Source of the DNA: Ophelia neglecta
Taxonomy: Eukaryota
Length of the DNA stretch: 64,000 nucleotides
Reading direction: 5' to 3'
Assembly: GCA_965285935.1 (NCBI GenBank)
Contig: OZ260665.1
Span: 48,980,001-49,044,000, forward strand
The position numbers and the translations under genes were made by a program. This document shows, one piece after another, positions 55,501-64,000 of the stretch (position 1 is the stretch's first letter; every line of letters starts with the position of its first letter). The notes beneath the pieces were generated by a model. It made no database searches and was not told the origin of the DNA. It was given only the letters and a program-made list of their open reading frames with translations.

Positions 55501-58359
55501 AATTTATTAATCTGCCTACCAAAGTTTAAACTTGACTGTCATAGACGGGAGGCTATCACATAATAGAACAACTCTAATACATGTAAATGTGCTGGTGTTG
55601 AGCCTAAGTCGAGAGGCATCAAGTTAGTTGGGGGAGGAATTAGTAACAGCAATGTACAAAAACTGCTTTCCCATTCTTTTGGATAAAAATGACACAAAAT
55701 TAACCTATTGTTGGTTTTGAATAAGCAATGGCCAAGGTATTCACATTATAAAAATAAACACAAAATACTCCAAGAAGAAGACGCATTGGGATAAACCGTG
55801 CTATTTTTCTTCTTGTCTCCTCCAGCTACTTAGGGCCGGTATTTGATAGTTAGGTTGAATTGTATTCTCAGCCCTGTATGTATAGCTTAAACCTTGTTTC
55901 AACAGAAATGTTAACAAAGGGTATGCATACATTCTAAAATAACGCCTAGCACTTACTACGGTTCATTTAATTAAATGTTCAAGTACACCTGTATAGAATA
56001 ATGTCTATCAGAAATGGGTGTGCATTATTATCTATATTTCCTTACAATATTTAATATCTTTGATATATTTGGCAATGGTGGTTCCATTATGTACAGGTTG
56101 GGCCAACTTTTATTTATTGCAATTGATTCTCTCTTTCAAGTAACCGTTTCTTTTTGATGACAAAATAAACCTTAAGCATGCTGATGCCACTGAATGTCAA
56201 CTAAAGGTGGTCAGTTTTAGACTTTGACAGTAATCCCCCATAGGAAAGTGAACAATGCAGCAGAGGTTTACAGACTGAGGAATCATCAAATAACACAACA
56301 AAGGCATGGGGAGAAGGGCAATTTGGCCAGGTGGGATCTTTTGTCCACCCTTTAATTATGCCCTGGTGGAGAGGCCATGCCTGTTCATCAAGGTGGTGGC
56401 ATGGTGCACAGTGGGTAAACTTGGCCAGCTGATATAGGACCACTTTCTCAGGCTGACATTTGTTTCACTGATTACACTAGTGGTTTCTTACTGACGTCGT
56501 CTCAAAACATCAGTTGGGAGTATCTTATTGGTTATGTTTTAGTTCAAAAAATACAACAAAAAAGTGACAGATTCCAGCATATTATGATTATCCTGATAAA
56601 GGCTCATCATTTATAATAACATGTGCCCTGGTACATGAGTTTTATCATGTTTTATTTCTATTAATAGAATAGCAATTCCTGAGAAGTAAATTACTTTCAT
56701 TGGAGAATTCCATGTGAATTACAGTAATTTGGCTTATTAAGGCCTACATATAATATTATTGCAAACATATTTTACAGCTTCTCAATAACAAGCATCTAAG
56801 TGTACTTACATGTACATGGTATATGTAACCTACACATTTTTGTTAAAAAAGATCTGTCTAACATATCTGTAAATCAAAATATTTGTTGCATTGGTTAACT
56901 TCTGGTATTTACAGAAGTCTCGATTTAGGGTACCTTCTGCTACATAACTACTTCTTAAAGCAGTTTAAATAATCTGTAAACCAAAGTTCCAAGGACCACC
57001 AATTTAGATTCATTTTCAGCTGATGCTAGGGGGTGAGTGTCAATTTTAAGTTCCAAAGGCAAGTTTAATATCTATAGGATTAGCTAAAAATGAACAGGTT
57101 AGAAATATATTTGTACCAGACAGGTATAAAATGAGCTGTAAAACTGTCTGTGGTTGACCAGGTTAGCCATGATCAGTTTTAAGGTTATGTAGTTTTATAG
57201 GGTTAAGCAACTGAAGACCAACTTTATCACAATGAAGTCCACTCAACCTTCTAAATGTGTTGACAGTGAAGCTTATCCATATCAGAGCACATATTTGCAT
57301 TTATATGTAACACATCGAGACATACCTGCAGTATCCAGCAATTGGTACTCGGATTGGCACACAATCACAAATTACTTTTGCTGTTTATCATCAAGGGCCA
57401 GGGTTAAAAAGAGTGTTTGAATTCAACAGCTTGTCAGAGCTATATGCTTAAAACTACATATCTACAGTAATGTTTTAGTACACAATATGCAAGCCATTTA
57501 AGATATCAGTACGGTCTTTCCTATATTCATTGTTATTGCTTATATTAGTTTGCATAAAGTGCCTTTCACTAATTGTGGATTGCATGTCCAATTGAAAATC
57601 TATTCTATTTATTCTTCTAATAGCATATAATCATTAAGTTCAGCCTTCTGCCATCGATGACTTATTCAAATGCTCTCATGGGACACTTAATATAAGCCTG
57701 AGGTGTATTTTTCAACACTAACCTGCAGATAATGATCTGTTCAATGATTAGAGCTCGTTATTTGGAAGGTAACTGATGGAATATAGCTTCAAGGTACAAC
57801 TATCCAAGGTTCACTGCCTACAGGGAGTATATACCATGGATACATCATAAATTGAATATACTTTCACTTTAGTTAACAATTCCAGCTCTATGGTGCATTG
57901 CAATCAGGCATTAACTGGCAATGGTCCTAATGTGGATATCTAGCCAATATGATAATTACGGAAGTGCATTGTTATACCTTACATTTGAATTAATCCATTG
58001 AAAATTGGTTCTTTGAAACAACATTAATTAGTACAAAACTGATATAAATAGGTATTATGTGCCCCCAGCCAACCACATTCAATTTCTTGTTTACAAATAC
58101 ATGCTTCTTAACACACAGGCAGAATAATTTTAGTTTGAAACTTTCATTGATATTGCTCTAAGTCATATAATTTTAACACTAAAGTCTATACAATAAGTGT
58201 GACGAATTTTAACAAATTTCTCCTGACTTCTGTATATATGTGACATACAATTTAAAATGTAGTCATTGCAAAGGACAATTGTCAGAATGTCCTAATATGT
58301 ACACCGATACATTGTCTTATAAATGGTCCGGAAAAAAAAGCAAATTATAGGTGTCTCAC

Positions 58360-58521
58360 CTTTCCCAGGTTCCTAAATCCATGAAGAGCCGCAATGTGAT
58401 TGGCGATGTTTTCTCCTCCTTTGATTTCTACTGCCCATTTATTAAGGAAAACATTAGCAATAGATCTTCCATGTAGACATATTAACACCAATAAAAATTT
58501 GGTCCATTGATCATATGCCAT
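58360..58521 (-). CDS. Furin-2/PCSK5-like proprotein convertase, coding exon 1 (signal peptide and start of prodomain)
   Basis: Translates MAYDQWTKFLLVLICLHGRSIANVFLNKWAVEIKGGENIANHIAALHGFRNLGK (54 aa). A hydrophobic signal peptide is followed by the N-x-WAV-x-I-x-GG...A...HGF-x-NLG pattern of kexin/furin (S8B) prodomains. ATG context is aagtcATGG; the donor is AAG|gtgaga, phase 0. Confidence 0.93.
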
Positions 58522-59180
58522 GACTTTGGCAAGACCGGCGGCAGTTGCTGCGGGTTGCTCTGCTGACAGATGCTGACTCCAGTTTGACAGTTGCTTGCAG
58601 TTTGGCTCTACTGGGATGCGGATTGCCTTCGGCTCAGGCTCCTCGCGTGTTCATCCGTCAGGCGCACCCAGAAATCGCCGACATGGGCACCCGCTTTCCT
58701 AGATTTCACTCATTTCTTAGGCTATTCAGGAGACACGATACAAAATGTTTATCCTGGCAGAACGGCGGTGCTGTACTCCCCGATTTAACGTCAGTCATAG
58801 TTGCGTGTTGGTTGCAAACATCCTTCTGCTACCAGCTGTCAAACAGCGGCTGGAAAACAGAGCTCTCTACGCCGGAGGTAGGAATACTATATACACACCG
58901 GGCTGTGTGGCGGAGTATAGCGTACTATGGCTTCAGTCAATCGGACACGCGCCAGCTCGAGGCCATATGTATCTGAACAGCACCGCCAGTGGACAACCTG
59001 CGGAGCTCGACCGGCGCTTGAGATCCGCAGATAAATTCACGAATTGTACATTTAAAACTCGATTCCATTCAAGCGCTTTAGAAGGCCGAATTAAAAGGTC
59101 CTTCATTGGCAAAGGCTGGGCACATTATAGGCTTGACCTTCCGCTCCGCGAGTCCCGCTCTTATAAGCTTTTAATCGCTT
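58522..59180 (-). promoter_or_regulatory. CpG-rich promoter / 5' UTR region of the convertase gene
   Basis: Abrupt rise in GC content and CpG density immediately upstream of the ATG, against a strongly CpG-depleted gene body. Confidence 0.7.
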
Positions 59181-59639
59181 TAATATAAAGTAATATATTG
59201 CTGATGAATACACTTTTCATATATTACATTAATCCACCATTCATTGATGAAAACATCACAACTGAATTTATTTTAAATTAGACACCCTACTAGCAATGGT
59301 TTTTTTTTTGGGGGGGGGGGGGCAGGGGGGTAAGGGAAGAAGAGGCAGGGACATATAATGCCTCAGTAGGAACTAGACGCATATATTTGTTCCAAGCCCC
59401 TAATATCTTTTATAATGCCTGGGAAAAGTTTAAAAGATAACTAAGATAATGTTTTACGAGTTTAAGGTCATCTTATGTTCATATTCAAGATGGATCTAAA
59501 TATGCATGGCTACCCAGTCCCGGCTCTTAATAAAAGTAACAGATATGAAAAAGTGAATAAACTTGTGCCAAATTTTCACTCTGATCACTTGGCATGGTGC
59601 TCCAAATAACCATAAAATGAAACTTAGTGGACATAGACC

Positions 59640-59662
59640 TATATATATATATATATATATAT
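59640..59662. repeat. (TA)n microsatellite
   Basis: About 11 TA units. Confidence 0.9.
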
Positions 59663-62600
59663 TTAATAACACCTTAGAAGAAGCATAAGTTTAAATACAA
59701 TAATTGGTTCCCTTTTGTAAAGCATAGGAAAAAATGCAGGGCATTGAGATATAACAAAGAAAGCGTCCCAGCACAAATTAAAAATTTGATTTCGTGTATG
59801 ATGCTAGGAATTAAATGGTTTCAATAACACAGAATTTGATACTACTTGATTGTGGTGCAGAACAGACTTTTGCATACTACTACACAGTACCTGCTACTTA
59901 CTAGTAGTGCACACTTATTGATTTTAATTGAGTATGAAAGGCTGAAGGTAGTAGTTTTAGAGCAAACTATTATAGTGACCAATAATTAACAGATGTCATA
60001 GAAAAAGGTAATATGATTGAGTTTTAGCTAGGGTAACTGCAGTGTGGGTGACAGCTATTTGAACCAGTTGCTATTCACAACTTACACTGTTAAGATGAGC
60101 ATGCATCGAACAATAAAGAACACAACTTTCTTATTGGATAGTTTGGATATTTGAAATGCATAGGTAAATGAACAAACAACACAATTTATTTAATTTCTAG
60201 GATATTTAAAGGTTATCCAAAAACACTTATTACTGTGGTGTGATGCATGTCAAAGGCAATCAGTGGTAGTATATTTGTTGGGAGAGGAGGAGGGGTTGGA
60301 CAGGTGTGTCATATGCTTTCATTTAGATTCACCATAATTAAAAGTAGTTGGCCTCACACAAGGCCTTACTTGGATTCCATCAGGTACCTAAAATAATAAG
60401 AAGTTTTATATTTGAACCATAGATGTTAATAACCATAATAGTTTTGAATGCAGTTTCTGAAATAAATTCCTTCATACATAATCATATGTATCACACTACA
60501 TACTCATACAAAATGGGTAGTGTACTTTATATAGGTAGTGTACTTATTAAACCATATATGACATATAACATGTTACATATTGAAGTGGATACACACACAC
60601 CTGTTTTGTGTATTCCAGTCAAGGATTCTGTCTGGGTGTGAGAATAAGACAGAACTCCTTTGTTAAGTCTAACTCAAACCCAATATATTGGCGTTTGTAT
60701 AACATCATATTAAGTTTAATACGAATGCCTTAGCGCATACATATCTACATACAAAATTTACCTGTTTGCAGATGATCATAAGATGTATAGAGAGGTGAGA
60801 GACACAAAGCACACCTTTTGGGCACTGCACTCCAAAAACATCTTGGCACTGGAAAAGGAAAGGAGGAGAATCTCAGCTCATCTCTGGGTTTTTCTTAAGG
60901 GGAAGACCCGATCAAAATATACTCACAAGTTTGCAGTTCAAACCAAATTTAACACAGCTGACACACGAGTACATTGGTACAAACTGGAAAAGGTTGCAGG
61001 CTAGACCCAAAAATTCTTCATTTGTGAACAGAACCACAAAACATCTGATGTTTGGAACTTCCTCCAAGAACAAGTGGTGACTGTACATTCGGTCAAGGCC
61101 TGGAATGCCGCTTTAATAGACAAACCCTGGCCCAACCAAGACTTTGTGTACGATAAAACTTCCCCACTACCCACCACTTATACTGCCAGATAAGGATTGC
61201 TCATGATTATACCCATCAAAAGTGATTTGGCACAAGAAGCCCTCCAGCCAGAAACTGTGCCTGTAAGTATCTGAAACATAAAGCCTGCCTAGCTTTGCCT
61301 GCCTTTGCAAAGGTGAACATTCTCTTCTTCAAAATAATGTTTTTTTTCATACAATCCGAATGATACTTACCAGGCAGTAGGAGAGGAGGGGGCTGTGTGT
61401 GTCTGTGGGGGGTGGGGGGAGTGGGGTAGTTGGATGGAGGCGGAGTAAGGTTAATGTTTTAATCTTCTTTTAACATATATATGGCACTAATAATTTGCCT
61501 AAAGAAACATACAGGCTTAATTTATTTCCATTTCCACCGATAAAATTGGAAACATTTTGGTGCAAAGTGCTTTTTTATACTTTTTACATTATGTTGTCAA
61601 AATCCATGCTAATAAATTAAAGTTAAGGAAGGTTTTCCAGTAAGAAAACATACATAGTTCAGAGTACACAAACCAGTCTCTGTGATTTTCTATAAATTTT
61701 TGAAGAATGGTTAATTTGTCATTTGTAAGGTAATTGTTCTGTGGATTGCCTCTTTCATGTTCTTTAGCCTTCAGGAGTGGGGAGGGGGGAGTTTATTTGA
61801 ATTAGAAAATTATAACTAGATTAAATTATAATTATAACTATATCTGATGGATTTGTTTACCTGACCAACCCTTACAGACCATTAACCCAGTTGCCCTCAA
61901 TGCTGATGACCCCGATGATGTCCCTGGATGATGATGAAGATAATAAACTCTTTATTCCTACTTTTTCTTTTAAATGTTGCCTTCAGGCAGCCCCTGGGTC
62001 AGAAGTGGCTTCCTTGTTTGGTGATGACAGTAGGAAAGTTCAAGTCTGACACTCGCGTCAGTAGACTGGGGCTATGTTTGGCATTCATAGCATAAAAACA
62101 TCCCTACCTAAAAATCAAACAGTTCTACTTGTTAAATACAATTGCTGTTCTGTTCTTTACAAGTCAGGGCACATTTGGATTTTTCAGTGGGATGGGGTAG
62201 CTAAAAAAAGGACAAAACATGTTGCAAATATATCAGACCAGGCACACTACTCAATAAACTACTCACAAAATATAATTAAGAAGAGCAAGTACTCTTTTTA
62301 AAACATAAAAGACATAGACCTTTTACTACTTCAACAAGAAAATTAATACTGTGAGTGTGTGGGAAAGGGGGGGGGAGGAAGGGGGCTGACAAACAAGATA
62401 TTCAAATTATCGCCAAGTAGCCTCCAGTATTAGAAGGAATTCGTAGGAGTTCGACCAATGGTGGATTTATTTGTTAATAAGGCCTCTTCCAGGAATTGTC
62501 CACAAGGGAGGGTTAGGTGGCATTTAAAAAATACCCTGAGCCAGACAGGCATGAAAGTCACCGCCCCAGAATGTGTAGATCTATACCTTTTAAAAGTGAT

Positions 62601-62903
62601 GTTCAGGTGCCTCCCACCTTCTTCACTAGTTGCCGAATGGCACAAATATTTGTTAATATTGATTTTGCTTATAAAAAAAGACACCTCTTGCATCCGGCAA
62701 GCATGAACCAAGAAAGTCACCCACTGCCAGCATATTTGGTTTAGTAACAAAAAATCTGCCCAGCTATGTTAGGGCAAGTAAAATCAAAATTACCTTCTTC
62801 TTGCAAATACCAATTATTGCACCACCCTCTTTGACATTCTTAAGACAACTATGTAATGGTTTTTCATTGAATGTTGTAATTTCACTCATGGTCACAGTTA
62901 AAA

Positions 62904-63086
62904 TACTGCAAATCTCTTATACTTCACAAGCCACTTATTTGGTGAATTTCGTGAGTACGTTCAAAACCTCGAAAATAGAAGTTCGCAAAAATTTTGGCAC
63001 AGTTTTGCAAAATTAGGGGCCGGCAAAATAATTTGTGTACCCAAATCGTAGACATTAAGTGCTGTGAAATTTAAGGATTTTACAGA
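62904..63086. mobile_element. Degenerate MITE
   Basis: Left end ctgcaaatctcttatacttcacaagccacttat versus right-end reverse complement ctgtaaaatccttaaatttcacagcacttaat. Confidence 0.6.
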
Positions 63087-63370
63087 GTTTCTCATAACAA
63101 ACATACAGATGACTTGAGAACCCAAGTGGAATATGTTAAGATAAAAAGATATTTAGCAGAGGCATTTATTCCCCTTCCTAAATATACACACTTCTTTTCA
63201 ATTCACTTTAGGGGGAGGTCATTTATTATGGAATGAGGGGAGGGCACAAAACATTTTTCAGGGTGGGGGGAAGGTCAAAGGTGGCTTTTCTTCCCAGGTC
63301 ACAATTAACCAATCATTGGACATCCTTTTTTGACATTGTCTTTTTTTCTTTTTTCATGTCCCTAAAATAA

Positions 63371-63875
63371 TTCGTGTGTCCTGCGTATAAGCGCATTCGC
63401 CTGTAATCGAATATAGGCACACCATGCACCTATATTCAAATAAGGTGCACTTTGCACTTAATGCATACGCTATACACTATACACAGCTGGACACTGACTA
63501 CAGAAGGGATTAATGTTACGGTACATGTAATTCCAGAAGATAAGTCTCACCTTTATGAAGGGTGGTCATCCCAGATCTTAGGGATATTTAATATATATTG
63601 CAGGGGGCAGGAGGTGCGGTGACTTGTGAAAAGCAACGCCCCAAAATTAAAAAATATGTTTCGGAGTAAGTGAATACCGTCTGCACACAAGCAAACCACT
63701 TCGCTCACACGCAATCGCACTCACACCCCTCCCCTCCTGCCAAATTCCCTCAATAACCTCCTTCGCCGGCCTGAGTTTTTACAACTGCCTCGCTTATAGG
63801 CGCATGGGTTTGTATTCGAATATTAGCGCACCCTTGAATATAAGCTCATGCGCCTTTATGCGCAATCATGCGATA
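63371..63875. mobile_element. Degenerate CpG-rich MITE-like element
   Basis: Both ends carry inverted copies of gcgtataagcgca / cctatattcgaata-type motifs, and CpG is locally retained. Confidence 0.5.
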
Positions 63876-64000
63876 CATGTCAATAACTAGTAGTTGTTTC
63901 GACACCTGTTATCTTGAAATCAGGGGATGGTAGTGCTTTTCAGCAGGGTCAAATAAATTGAAAACTGTAAACTTCGTGAGCTGTAAGCAGACCACAACGA

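Noticed and set aside
56052-56073. Similarity to mature miR-190; also short matches to miR-184 (about 55464) and miR-133 (about 21002)
   Set aside because: Seed mismatches or only about 11-nt matches, and no precursor hairpin is evident.
58545-59188. 143-aa and 147-aa plus-strand ORFs
   Set aside because: Expected by-products of the GC-rich promoter region; they overlap in different frames and have no recognisable domain.

Overview
This is AT-rich, CpG-depleted animal DNA, probably from a marine invertebrate (inference). Most of the window is the 5' half of a minus-strand furin-2/PCSK5-like proprotein convertase gene. Four phase-0 coding exons (58521-58360, 46500-46396, 23366-23250, 21641-21507) encode the signal peptide, the prodomain, the KRVKR|D activation site and the catalytic ILDDG motif. 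The introns are about 12, 23, 1.6 and >21 kb, and a CpG-rich promoter region lies at about 58.5-59.2 kb. The most striking object is in intron 4: a very young, intact 2,664-bp LTR element (11467-14130). It has 639-bp LTRs differing at one base, a CAAG target-site duplication, a PBS and a PPT, and non-canonical TA...TA termini. It has no recognisable gag or pol and instead carries one intact 378-aa Cys/His-rich, basic, coiled-coil ORF that I cannot assign. The introns also hold a hierarchically organised 50-bp minisatellite, several degenerate MITEs and a LINE 3' remnant. There is also a strong excess of the palindromes TACATGTA and TACCGGTA, which look like Tc1/mariner-type excision footprints.
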